Of a stretch of DNA of 64,000 nucleotides, positions 11,231 through 20,674 are shown in pieces; position 1 is the first letter of the stretch; each line of letters starts with the position of its first letter. This DNA is from a virus. Lineage: Duplodnaviria; Caudoviricetes. Location of the stretch: the IMG/VR virus record IMGVR_UViG_3300011113_000253, positions 1 to 64,000 of that record. One strand, written 5' to 3'. The position numbers were made by a program, and so were the translations under genes. The notes below the pieces were generated by a model. That model was not told where the DNA came from. It ran no database searches and saw only the letters and a list, made by a program, of their open reading frames with translations.

Positions 11231-12256
11231 ATGTCAACTTACAAACCACTTTCATCAAACGATACAGTTTCAACAAGAACGTTACTAAATGAGGTTATTC
11301 CTTTAACTGGTACTATTGTTTCTGGAACATACAACGACAATAACATAAAAAATTATTCACATCAAATGTTCCAATCTGTTTATGATTATCCTTATTTAAG
11401 TTCTTCTGCAAATCACATCTTTGACATAGCAGTAGGGTTTTCAACTGGATCAGCTTTATCAAGTTCAACCGCTACTCAAGTTGCTAAAAAAGTTAACATT
11501 TATAACCAAATGGCTCAATTACTAGTTGGTTATAACACAACAAATGCTATTCAAAGATTTGATCAAGACGGTGATTTAGGAAGTGGAACAAAAATAGATA
11601 ATGCATTTTTTCTTTCATTTAGTAGATTATTAACAAAAGATGAAATTAAAAAAGGTTCATTTACTTTACAAGTTCTTACAGGTGGTGCAAATACTTCTCC
11701 ATCAAACATACTAACAATTTCTGATTACGGTGCAACCACAGACTACAGAACTAATTCACCAGCGGGAGAATACGGAATACTTTATACTTCTTCAGCCGCT
11801 GTAGACGGTACTGGTGTTGGTTTGATTTATTATCAAGCTGGTTTGGTTGTACTAACTTGCTCTGTTTTTAACGGTAACTTTGGTCCAAGATCCGATACAT
11901 CAACCTACACATCTTCTGTAGCAAATTATTTTGTTACTGGTTCAACAACAGGATCGTTTGATGGATTTAGAAACAGACTTTACAATGTTCAATTCAACAA
12001 CACAACTGAGTTGAATTCAACAGTATACTTCTGTCGTGCAAATCATAACGAATTTAACTATTCATCAAATCCAACTTATCTTAGTGGTGGACAAATAACT
12101 GTTAAAAATAACGCATCCGACGCTCCAGTTTCTTACATAACTACAGTAGGTTTGTACTCAGCAGACAATGAGCTTCTTGCTGTTGCTAAACTTAGTGAAC
12201 CATTAAAGAAAACTGTTGACAACGAACTAACAGTAAGAGTTAGATTGGACTACTAA
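11231..12256 (+). CDS. putative baseplate/tail-fibre attachment protein
   Basis: C-terminal EFNYSSNPTY...YITTVGLYSADNELLAVAKLSEPLKK; paralogous to the next gene. Confidence 0.55.
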   Translation: MSTYKPLSSNDTVSTRTLLNEVIPLTGTIVSGTYNDNNIKNYSHQMFQSVYDYPYLSSSANHIFDIAVGFSTGSALSSSTATQVAKKVNIYNQMAQLLVGYNTTNAIQRFDQDGDLGSGTKIDNAFFLSFSRLLTKDEIKKGSFTLQVLTGGANTSPSNILTISDYGATTDYRTNSPAGEYGILYTSSAAVDGTGVGLIYYQAGLVVLTCSVFNGNFGPRSDTSTYTSSVANYFVTGSTTGSFDGFRNRLYNVQFNNTTELNSTVYFCRANHNEFNYSSNPTYLSGGQITVKNNASDAPVSYITTVGLYSADNELLAVAKLSEPLKKTVDNELTVRVRLDY

Positions 12257-12263
12257 AAGTGTT

Positions 12264-13436
12264 ATGTCATTACATAAAATTAAACCAAACGAAATCTTTA
12301 TTAATCAAGTAGAATTTAATCCAAAGGTTAATTTTTATGTTTATGATGGAAAAACTTATTATAACCAACAATCAGAAATTTCTGGAGCATTTACTAGTAA
12401 CGTACTAAATGTTCCAGTAGGTCACTTAAGCCTTTATGAATTAAACGTAGACAGAAACCAATCTCAAACTGGTTTAATTTATCCATTTATTACAAAAGAT
12501 GGTTCATTAACTTCTTTTAGAACAATAAGCACAACATCATTTAATACCGATTTTGCTTATGGTAACGAAGTAACAGGCACTTATCCAATGAGTGCTACAA
12601 TACTACGTGAGTTTTATCAAACAGGTGAAACAAGAACCCACTTAAACGCACTTAAAAATACATTAAATTATTATTCTTATGTTTCTAATCACTATTCTTA
12701 TTCTTCTTCTTTAGGTGATAAATCAAATCAACCATTAAATTTATTAAGTATTCCATCGATCTTTTACGGTTCTTCTATTAAAAAAGGAACAGTAAAGTTA
12801 GACTTTTACATTTCTGGTACATTAATTGGTACGTTAGAAGATTATAATAAAAATGGTGAATTGATACAAACTGGTCCATCTGGTTCTACAGGTTCTGGAT
12901 CGGTTGCTGGAGTCGTTCTTTACACAGAAGGTTTCGTTATTCTTACAGGGTCATGGGGACTTGAAACTGGTATTGCAAGAAACTATTTAAACGACATTAG
13001 TAATCAAGTAACATCTTCGTGGCTTTATTTTGGTTCTGGTATGTCTGGAACTGAAGCTTATACTTATGGTTCTTTACCATCATCAAGTTTTAACATACAA
13101 TTTGATGGAATCAACAAAACACCAGTTATGACATTTTTTGCTCACGCTAAAAGAGGAGAGCTTAACAACTCATTAAATCCAACATTTATTGCAAGCTCAA
13201 GTTATAAACAACCTTTAATAAATTCAAGTTCTTATGTAGAATACGAATACATGCAACCAACAAATGTTGTATCAAGTTCATTTAATACAGAACCATACTT
13301 AGAAAAAATTACATTTATTTCATCAATTAAGTTGTATGATAGAAATAAAAATGTTATTGGTATTGCAAAACTATCTAAACCAATAAGAAAATCTCAAGAA
13401 AGAGATTTAGCATTTAAAATTAAACTTGACTTGTAG
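12264..13436 (+). CDS. putative baseplate/tail-fibre attachment protein (paralog of 11231)
   Basis: ELNNSLNPTF...FISSIKLYDRNKNVIGIAKLSKPIRK matches the C-terminus of the preceding ORF. Confidence 0.55.
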   Translation: MSLHKIKPNEIFINQVEFNPKVNFYVYDGKTYYNQQSEISGAFTSNVLNVPVGHLSLYELNVDRNQSQTGLIYPFITKDGSLTSFRTISTTSFNTDFAYGNEVTGTYPMSATILREFYQTGETRTHLNALKNTLNYYSYVSNHYSYSSSLGDKSNQPLNLLSIPSIFYGSSIKKGTVKLDFYISGTLIGTLEDYNKNGELIQTGPSGSTGSGSVAGVVLYTEGFVILTGSWGLETGIARNYLNDISNQVTSSWLYFGSGMSGTEAYTYGSLPSSSFNIQFDGINKTPVMTFFAHAKRGELNNSLNPTFIASSSYKQPLINSSSYVEYEYMQPTNVVSSSFNTEPYLEKITFISSIKLYDRNKNVIGIAKLSKPIRKSQERDLAFKIKLDL

Positions 13437-13442
13437 GCAGTA

Positions 13443-13973
13443 ATGAAACCAGCAATAATTGGACTTGATGTAAGTTCATCTAAAATAGGTGTAGCCGTTT
13501 TGGGTGAAGATAGAAAAATACTAACATCAGAAGTTATAAAATTAAAATCTGATGATTCTTTAGAAAATCGTGCTTTAATGTTAGAAAATAAATTGGAAAA
13601 ATTAAAAAAGTATTATTTTATTGATAATGTTTTTGTAGAAGAACCATTTATTGCTTTTGGTGGTGGTAAGACTACTGCACAAACAATGGCTACTCTACAA
13701 AGATTTAATGGAATGTGTTGTTATTCAATTTATCGTGTTTTTGATAAACCACCAAAAATGGTTTCTGTTAGAAGTGCAAGATCTAAGTTGGGCATAAAAA
13801 TACCAAAAGGCACCCCACAAAAAGAATCAAAAAAATACATAATTGAGTATGTGGAAAAGAACCATCCAGAATTTCAATACACCACAACAGCGCATGGAAA
13901 TCCACAACCTGGAACAGACGATAGAGCAGACGCTATTGTTATTGCATTATACGGACTTGACCAGACAGAATAG
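13443..13973 (+). CDS. RuvC-like Holliday junction resolvase
   Basis: IIGLDVSS, VFVEEP and DDRADA give the RNase H/RuvC acidic tetrad pattern. Confidence 0.8.
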   Translation: MKPAIIGLDVSSSKIGVAVLGEDRKILTSEVIKLKSDDSLENRALMLENKLEKLKKYYFIDNVFVEEPFIAFGGGKTTAQTMATLQRFNGMCCYSIYRVFDKPPKMVSVRSARSKLGIKIPKGTPQKESKKYIIEYVEKNHPEFQYTTTAHGNPQPGTDDRADAIVIALYGLDQTE

Positions 13974-13985
13974 CCATGCTATGAT
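13957..13985 (+). promoter_or_regulatory. sigma70-type promoter for primase (TTGACC-17-TATGAT, extended -10 TG)
   Basis: TTGACC 13957-13962, 17 nt spacer, TG at 13977-13978, TATGAT 13980-13985; the ATG is 7 nt downstream. Confidence 0.7.
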
Positions 13986-13991
13986 CTGAAC

Positions 13992-14921
13992 ATGGCAACC
14001 AAAACATCACTACTAAGCTCGGCACTAGGAGACTACAGAAAGTCTGGTGACGAGCTTCTTTTCTTTTGTCCTTTCTGTCAGCATCACAAAAAGAAATTAT
14101 CTGTAAATTTAAAAACAAACAACTATAAATGTTGGGTTTGTGACGAGCGTGGTAAAAATGTAAGACGCTTGTTGAAACCTCGTTTGTCTTATTCTGAATT
14201 ATACGAATGGGATAAGTTAAATAATTACGTTGACCTTACTCAGCTTGATTCAAACATTTTTGATGATCACTCAAAAGTTGTTGAAGAAATTATTGAACTA
14301 CCAGAAGATTTTGTTTCTCTTGCAAATAAAAATCTTCCTATGTCTTCGCGTTTTGCTCTTAAGTATTTGCAAGACCGTGGTATTACAAAAGAAGACATTT
14401 TAATGTGGAAGATTGGTTATTGTAATAAAGGAGAATACAAAGATAGAGTAATTGTTCCATCATTTAATAATGATGGTAATGTTAATTATTTTATTGCTCG
14501 TTCCTATACAAATAGTTTTCCTAAATACATGAATCCAAAAGTGTCTAAAGACATTGTGTTTAATGAAATCAACATCGATTGGGATGAAGACATTGTAATT
14601 GTTGAAGGTGTGTTTGATGCTATGAAAGCAGTAAATGCAATACCGCTTTTGGGTTCTACATTAAATCAACAATCCAATTTGTTTAATAAGATTGTTTACT
14701 ATGACCCAAAAGTTTACATTGCACTTGACCCAGATGCAGAGAAAAAAGCTTCTACACTAATCCAAAACTTGGTTGGGTATGGTATAGAAATTTATAAAAT
14801 CGACATTTCTGGTTATGATGATGTTGGTGCGATGCCCAAGCACGTTTTTATAAACAGAAAAGAAAGAGCAGAACTAATTGGCGAAGATTGGGTTTTAGAG
14901 CATAATCTTCTTGCTATTTGA
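13992..14921 (+). CDS. DNA primase (zinc finger + TOPRIM)
   Basis: CPFC...CWVC zinc finger, YLQDRGI, IVEGVFDA and IALDPDA TOPRIM motifs. Confidence 0.88.
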   Translation: MATKTSLLSSALGDYRKSGDELLFFCPFCQHHKKKLSVNLKTNNYKCWVCDERGKNVRRLLKPRLSYSELYEWDKLNNYVDLTQLDSNIFDDHSKVVEEIIELPEDFVSLANKNLPMSSRFALKYLQDRGITKEDILMWKIGYCNKGEYKDRVIVPSFNNDGNVNYFIARSYTNSFPKYMNPKVSKDIVFNEINIDWDEDIVIVEGVFDAMKAVNAIPLLGSTLNQQSNLFNKIVYYDPKVYIALDPDAEKKASTLIQNLVGYGIEIYKIDISGYDDVGAMPKHVFINRKERAELIGEDWVLEHNLLAI

Positions 14922-14939
14922 TGATTTCTGTAGTACATT
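14911..14939 (+). promoter_or_regulatory. sigma70-like promoter (TTGCTA-17-TACATT) for the SbcCD gene
   Basis: 17 nt spacing; GGGAG RBS and ATG 14955 follow. Confidence 0.45.
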
Positions 14940-14954
14940 GACTTGGGAGACAGT

Positions 14955-17900
14955 ATGAAGTTTGCTCACATTGCGGATACGCACATCAAAAACTTAAAAT
15001 ACCATACAGAATACAAAACTGTATTTAGTAAAATGTACGATACCTTGAAAGAAGAAAAGGTAGATTACATAATTCATTGTGGAGACATTGCTCACACCAA
15101 AACTCAAATCTCACCAGAGTTTGTTGAAATGGCAGCAGATTTTTTTAAAAATCTTTCTGCTATTGCCCCAACATACATTATTCTTGGCAATCATGACGGT
15201 AACCTTACTAACGACAGTAGACAGGATGCACTTACTCCAATCGTAAATGCTTTGAATCTTAACAATCTTTATCTTTTAAAGAAGTCGGGCGAGACTAAAC
15301 TAAAAGATAATTTTGTTCTTAATGTCTTATCTGTGTTTGATGAAGAAGGTTGGGTAAAACCATCAGATCCAAATGCAGTTAACATCGCACTTTATCACGG
15401 TTCTGTTAATGGAGTAAAAACAGATACAGGGTTTGTTTTGGAAAAAGCAGACCATGATGTTTCTATTTTTGTAGGTCATGACTACGCATTTCTTGGTGAC
15501 ATTCACAAAACAAACCAAACTCTTGATACAGATGGAAGAATTCGTTACCCAGGCTCTACTCTTCAACAAAATCATGGTGAAACAAACGATAAAGGATTTC
15601 TTATTTGGGACATTCAAGATAAGCTCTCATTTGATTGCAAACACGTTTTAATTGAAAACCCTAATCCTTTTATCACAGTTGAACTTGAAGAGAATGGCGG
15701 GCTTCCTAATGGGCTTACAATACCTTTGAATGCAAGGCTTAGACTTCTATCTCGTACCAATCTTCCAGCAGAAATTATGAAGAATGTTGGTGACGTTGTA
15801 AAAGAAAAATGGAAACCAGAAAGTGTATCTTTTTTATCCAAGAACGTCGCCAGATCAAAAGAACTAAAGGAAAGTGTAGATGGTATTGAGAAAGAAGATC
15901 TACGAAATGTAAAAGTTCAAGAACAATTAATTGAAGAGTTTCTTGTCAACTATAAAGTACCAACTGATGTTTTGCAGAAGGTATTTGAAATTAATAAAAA
16001 ATTTAATACAGAAGTAGAGTCAAAAGAAGAAGTTGCACGTAACATTAATTGGAAAGTTGAGTCTTTAGAATGGGATAATCTTTTTAATTATGGAACAGAT
16101 AACAAAATTAATTTCAAAAATTTACAAGGTATTGTTGGTATCTTTGGTAAAAACTACTCTGGTAAATCTTCTGTAATTGATAGTATTCTTTATGCTTTGT
16201 ATAACACAACTTCAAAGAACGAAAAGAAAGCATCAAACGTAATCAACACAGCAAAGAAAAATGCTGTTGTTAACTTAAAATTATCAGTAGATGATAGTGA
16301 GTATGTTATTGCTCGTAGTTGTGAGAAAGTAATCAAGAAAGATGGTTCTGAAGAAGCTAAAACAACTTTGAACTTTATTGGCGATGGTGTTTCTATTAAT
16401 GGAGATACAAGGGTTCAAACAGACGCAAACATTAAAAAAATGTTTGGCACTATTGATGATTTTATGCTTACCTCTATGTCTTCACAACTTGATTCACTTT
16501 CTTTTATTCGCGAAGGTTCTACAAAACGCAAAGAGATTCTTGGTCGCTTTTTGGATTTGGAAATCTTTGATGCTAAAAATAAACTAGCAAAAGAAGAATC
16601 AGCAAGTATCAAAGCTTTAATTAAGAAGCTTGAAGTAACAGATTACGATACTCAAATTTTAAAAACACAAGATGAAATAGAAATTCTTAATACTACAACT
16701 AATCTATTGAAAGATCTTGTCAGCGATTCTAATAATACTTTGAAGCAGTTGAAGACAGAGATTGATTCATTAGATGGACAATTAAAATCAATAAACGTTG
16801 AGTCAATTGACATTTCAAAAACTATAGAAAGACGGGAGTATCTACTTACTACTTCAGTTAAAGCCTCAACCGCTAAAGCAGATAAAGTATTAGAATTAGA
16901 AAACAAAACAGCAGAGTTTGATAAAATTACAGATTTTCTAAACAACTTTGACATTGTTGGTTTAAACAAAAAGAAAGAAGAGATAAAGGACTATCAATCT
17001 AAACTGTCTGCTATTACTCAAGATCTTCAATTAAACAATAAAGAAACAAAGTATCTAAAAGATAAAATTAAATTACTTGGCGAAGTTCCTTGTGGTACAC
17101 AGTTTCCAACTTGTAAGTTTATAAAAGACGCTATTGATGCTTCAAATAAAATTACAAATCAAGAAAACAAAACTAATAACCTTGCAGATGAACACGATAA
17201 AGTTGGAGAAGCACTTGCTTTATTAAGTCCAGACGTTGTAGAAAAACAACTAAACAAGTACCAAATGGTTGTCAATAAACAAACAACAGTCGAAAAAGAA
17301 ATACTTCAATTAAAGATTGATGTTGAAAAATTTAATACAATTATTTCTAACATTAATAAAGAAATGAATCTTGTTAAAGAGAAAATAGAACAATACAAAA
17401 AGAACGAAGAACTGTTCAAACAAGTTGAATCTTTAACACAAGACAGAAACGATAAACAAATTGAATGGAATCAACTTGATAAAGAAACTAAAGCAAATAA
17501 CGAACAGTTGTTGCAATGTTACATAAAGTATGGGTCACTAGTAGAAAAGATTGCTGCATTAAATGTTACAAAGCAAGAATTAGAAAATTATAGAAATGAA
17601 TTTGCTGCTTACGATTACTTTATGAAGGCTACAAGCTCTAATGGTATTTCTTATGAGATTATCAAAAAGAAACTTCCAATTATTAACGAAGAGATAGCAA
17701 CTATTCTTTCTAACATTGTAGATTTTCAAATTTATTTTGAAGATGATGGGTCTAAGTTAAACATCATGATTCAACATCCTAATAGTGAACCAAGACCTAT
17801 TGAAATGGGTTCTGGTGCAGAGAAATCAATTGCTGCTATGGCTATAAGACTTTCAATGCTTCAAGTATCTAATCTGCCTAAGTCTAATTTGTTTATTTTA

Positions 17901-18080
17901 GATGAACCTGGAACTGCATTAGATAGTGAGAACCTTGAAGGCTTTATCAGAATACTTGATATGATTAAAAATTATTATGATACTGTTCTTCTTATTTCCC
18001 ATATGGATGCTTTAAAAGATGTAGCAGATCAAATAATTACAATAGATAATGTAAATGGATTTGCCAAGATTGTTATTTAA
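14955..18080 (+). CDS. fused SbcD-SbcC (Mre11-Rad50; T4 gp47-gp46-like) nuclease/ATPase
   Basis: Phosphoesterase motifs DTH, GD, GNHD, HG and GDIH; Walker A GKNYSGKS; coiled coil with CGTQFPTC zinc hook; SGAEK signature; Walker B ILDEP; H-loop LISH. Start moved to ATG 14955. Confidence 0.9.
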   Translation: MKFAHIADTHIKNLKYHTEYKTVFSKMYDTLKEEKVDYIIHCGDIAHTKTQISPEFVEMAADFFKNLSAIAPTYIILGNHDGNLTNDSRQDALTPIVNALNLNNLYLLKKSGETKLKDNFVLNVLSVFDEEGWVKPSDPNAVNIALYHGSVNGVKTDTGFVLEKADHDVSIFVGHDYAFLGDIHKTNQTLDTDGRIRYPGSTLQQNHGETNDKGFLIWDIQDKLSFDCKHVLIENPNPFITVELEENGGLPNGLTIPLNARLRLLSRTNLPAEIMKNVGDVVKEKWKPESVSFLSKNVARSKELKESVDGIEKEDLRNVKVQEQLIEEFLVNYKVPTDVLQKVFEINKKFNTEVESKEEVARNINWKVESLEWDNLFNYGTDNKINFKNLQGIVGIFGKNYSGKSSVIDSILYALYNTTSKNEKKASNVINTAKKNAVVNLKLSVDDSEYVIARSCEKVIKKDGSEEAKTTLNFIGDGVSINGDTRVQTDANIKKMFGTIDDFMLTSMSSQLDSLSFIREGSTKRKEILGRFLDLEIFDAKNKLAKEESASIKALIKKLEVTDYDTQILKTQDEIEILNTTTNLLKDLVSDSNNTLKQLKTEIDSLDGQLKSINVESIDISKTIERREYLLTTSVKASTAKADKVLELENKTAEFDKITDFLNNFDIVGLNKKKEEIKDYQSKLSAITQDLQLNNKETKYLKDKIKLLGEVPCGTQFPTCKFIKDAIDASNKITNQENKTNNLADEHDKVGEALALLSPDVVEKQLNKYQMVVNKQTTVEKEILQLKIDVEKFNTIISNINKEMNLVKEKIEQYKKNEELFKQVESLTQDRNDKQIEWNQLDKETKANNEQLLQCYIKYGSLVEKIAALNVTKQELENYRNEFAAYDYFMKATSSNGISYEIIKKKLPIINEEIATILSNIVDFQIYFEDDGSKLNIMIQHPNSEPRPIEMGSGAEKSIAAMAIRLSMLQVSNLPKSNLFILDEPGTALDSENLEGFIRILDMIKNYYDTVLLISHMDALKDVADQIITIDNVNGFAKIVI

Positions 18081-18090
18081 AACTATTTAA
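18081..18090 (+). promoter_or_regulatory. putative late promoter (AACTATTTAA), probably leaderless transcript
   Basis: CTATTTA ends at 18089, ATG at 18095, no RBS between. Confidence 0.55.
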
Positions 18091-18094
18091 TGGT

Positions 18095-18643
18095 ATGTTA
18101 ACAGAACGCAAATTAAGAAACATAATAAAACAAGAATTGCTAGATCTTCTTGAGGCAAGACAGCCAACAGAGGATCTGGCAATTTTTTATAAGTTACTTA
18201 GCCAATTAGGAACTTTTCATTTTGGTGGTGACAAAGAACAACAAACAATGTCATTCTTAAATAACGAAATGATACCAACATTAGATTCATTGATAGAAAA
18301 AATAGAAAAAATTACATTTAAAAAAGTAAACGAAAGCATCATTGACACTTTGCGTTTGTATGTTGGCAAAGAAAAAGAAGCACCAGAAGTTTTTACTAAA
18401 ACTGATTTACAAATTACAATACAAGAAGTAAAAAATAAGTTAAAAGAATTAACAAATTTAATTTTTGATAAAAGAGCTGGCTTTAACAAAGAATACCAAA
18501 AATACCATGATGAATCTGTTTCTCCGATACTTGATCAACTAAAACAAAAATTAGAAGAATTAGTTCAATCTAATACAAAACATCCTTCGCGATCACAACT
18601 TACAAAAAGTGATATCTTAAAAAGAGCGGAAAAAGGTATATGA
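18095..18643 (+). CDS. putative internal head protein with capsid-targeting-like leader
   Basis: Begins MLTERKLRNIIKQELLDLLE, the leader shared with other ORFs. Confidence 0.55.
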   Translation: MLTERKLRNIIKQELLDLLEARQPTEDLAIFYKLLSQLGTFHFGGDKEQQTMSFLNNEMIPTLDSLIEKIEKITFKKVNESIIDTLRLYVGKEKEAPEVFTKTDLQITIQEVKNKLKELTNLIFDKRAGFNKEYQKYHDESVSPILDQLKQKLEELVQSNTKHPSRSQLTKSDILKRAEKGI

Positions 18644-19008
18644 CTTTTTTATTGACTCATTGGAAATTGATACTAGCTATTGTTTATGGTATAAGTGTGC
18701 CTATCTATTTTAGTATTAGTTCTGATAAAGCTGTTAAAAATATGGAATCTGCTTTAGAATCTTCACAAGAATCAAATAAAAAACAATTAGAAGTTTTACA
18801 AAATTATTTAGAAGATCAGCGTGTAGCATACGATAAAATGTTTAAAGATTACCAAGCAAAAATGGCAAAGCTTGAAGAAGATTATCAAAAAGATTTAAAA
18901 AAAGTAACCGACAAACAAGCTGTGCAACAAAAACAATTAGCAGATAGGTTTACTGATCCTAAAGCAGTAGATGAAGAATTAGAAAAAAGGTTTGGATTAA
19001 AAAAATGA
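18640..19008 (+). CDS. membrane-anchored coiled-coil protein (i-spanin-like)
   Basis: N-terminal TM helix followed by a long coiled coil; ATGA overlaps on both sides. Confidence 0.45.
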   Translation: MTFLLTHWKLILAIVYGISVPIYFSISSDKAVKNMESALESSQESNKKQLEVLQNYLEDQRVAYDKMFKDYQAKMAKLEEDYQKDLKKVTDKQAVQQKQLADRFTDPKAVDEELEKRFGLKK

Positions 19009-19421
19009 TTACACTATTATTACTAGCAAAATTAGCAAATGCACAAGATTACTCACCAATAAAAAAAGGTGAAGTTTCTCCAATAAGTGGTACGGTATTA
19101 ACGCCAACCGCTATGGCAACAATAATTGCTAAATGTGATGCAGATGTTGCAACAGAAAAAGTAAAAGCTAAATATGAGCTAGAGAAACTACAAACAACTT
19201 GTGATTTGAATGAAGAAAAATTACAATATGATTTAGACGCACATATTAAAACAAGCAAAGATATTATAGAAATAAAAGATAAAGAATTAGAAAAAGCTTA
19301 TGAAATTATTAAAAATAATTCTAAGAAAAATACTTCACTTTGGTTGGGAGTAGGATTTACTGCTGGACTTGTAACTTCATTTAGTATAATATATGGCTAT
19401 GAAAATTTGACAAATAATTAA
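19005..19421 (+). CDS. exported coiled-coil protein with C-terminal TM (spanin-like partner)
   Basis: Short signal-like N-terminus ending ANA, coiled coil, C-terminal LWLGVGFTAGLVTSFSIIY. Confidence 0.4.
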   Translation: MITLLLLAKLANAQDYSPIKKGEVSPISGTVLTPTAMATIIAKCDADVATEKVKAKYELEKLQTTCDLNEEKLQYDLDAHIKTSKDIIEIKDKELEKAYEIIKNNSKKNTSLWLGVGFTAGLVTSFSIIYGYENLTNN

Positions 19422-19435
19422 AACCATAATAAATT
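19407..19435 (+). promoter_or_regulatory. sigma70-like promoter (TTGACA-17-TAAATT)
   Basis: Perfect -35 at 19407 with 17 nt spacer; AGGA RBS before ATG 19453. Confidence 0.45.
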
Positions 19436-19452
19436 ATATTAGGATTAATATA

Positions 19453-20160
19453 ATGTCATTTTTAAATACACCAATACCAATAGTTGAAGCTTTTATTAGA
19501 GGAAATTTTTTACGAAATAATGAAGATTCGCATGATAAAAAATTTCCTTGTTATATATTTGGAATGTGCTCAATACCATCACAAGCTCCATTATTTCACT
19601 TTATTATGGAAGATGGGGGATTATGGTGGAGAATGCCTATACATGCTTTTTGTTGGAAAGATACTGCACCACAACAAGAGTTAGACGAATTAGTTCTTTG
19701 GGATTCGTTTTCGTATCATGTTGGAGTAACTTCATATCCAATTTTAAAAAATAAAGTTGTTAAGTTTATTTCTAGACGCAGGGAAAAATACCAAGGTAGA
19801 TATTTATTTACGTTAGATTGGGCAAGCTCCTCAGATTCATCGGAAACAGATTTTGGACTAAGTGAGTTTCCATCTCAACATAAATGTGGTCATTTTATTG
19901 CAATGGATAATGGTAATTTTGCTATTCAACCTAACAATCGTCTAACAATACATGATCCTTCTTTTACTGTTAAAGATAAAGTTGTTATAAATAGAAAATA
20001 TAATACTACACTTTGGACAGCCGAACGCAATGCTAGGTGGGTAACACCAGATACAGATATTATGAATTATGATCATACTGATTTGCAAAATGGCGAATCA
20101 AACTCTCAAAGATCAAATCAATACAATAATATAGATAATGAAACTATTAATAAATCATAA
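19453..20160 (+). CDS. conserved phage hypothetical protein
   Basis: 235 aa; motifs WDSFSY, YLFTLDW, HKCGH and GNFAIQPNNR recall a widespread phage family of unknown function. Confidence 0.6.
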   Translation: MSFLNTPIPIVEAFIRGNFLRNNEDSHDKKFPCYIFGMCSIPSQAPLFHFIMEDGGLWWRMPIHAFCWKDTAPQQELDELVLWDSFSYHVGVTSYPILKNKVVKFISRRREKYQGRYLFTLDWASSSDSSETDFGLSEFPSQHKCGHFIAMDNGNFAIQPNNRLTIHDPSFTVKDKVVINRKYNTTLWTAERNARWVTPDTDIMNYDHTDLQNGESNSQRSNQYNNIDNETINKS

Positions 20161-20674
20161 AAATAGTATTTTTGATGGTAGCAAACCACTCATACATTTA
20201 GAAGCTGTTAAAGAAGATGAAACAGCAAAATATATGTTTGAAAATGGTTGGGTTCCATATGGCGATGTATGGTATCAAACAATGTCTTCAAGATTAAAAT
20301 TTGGCAATATTTCTAATTCAAGAAAAAAACAACTAAAAAATATTAATGTATCTTATACAACAAACAATGATAATATTATTGTTCCAAACGATATCAGTAA
20401 TTACAATAACTCTAAATATTTAGATTTTTTCTTTGACGATATATTTTGGGGTAGAATAAATTTTTATGAAGACCAAATATTTTATTCTACCATGAATAAA
20501 ATATATGATAAAAAATCTTATGGAACTTTGTCTTTTTATTATTTACTTGAAAAGTATAAAAATAATTATGAGTATTTATATATTGCAGATTATTATGAGC
20601 AATTTAAGTATAAATCTAAATTACCAAATTTTCAATTTTGGAATGGTTCTAATTGGATAAAAGAGGATATATGA
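20138..20674 (+). CDS. aminoacyl-tRNA-protein transferase-like (ATE/Bpt family), compact
   Basis: MFENGW..WYQTMSSRL N-terminal part; C-terminal KSYGTLSFYYLLE...YEYLYIADYY...YKSKLPNFQFWNGSNW resembles the ATE_C SLG..S..YLYLGY...YK pattern. Confidence 0.55.
   Translation: MKLLINHKNSIFDGSKPLIHLEAVKEDETAKYMFENGWVPYGDVWYQTMSSRLKFGNISNSRKKQLKNINVSYTTNNDNIIVPNDISNYNNSKYLDFFFDDIFWGRINFYEDQIFYSTMNKIYDKKSYGTLSFYYLLEKYKNNYEYLYIADYYEQFKYKSKLPNFQFWNGSNWIKEDI

Noticed and set aside
13426-13455. TTGACT as a -35 element for the RuvC-like gene
   Set aside because: No -10 at 16-18 nt spacing, and the position would fall inside the gene.
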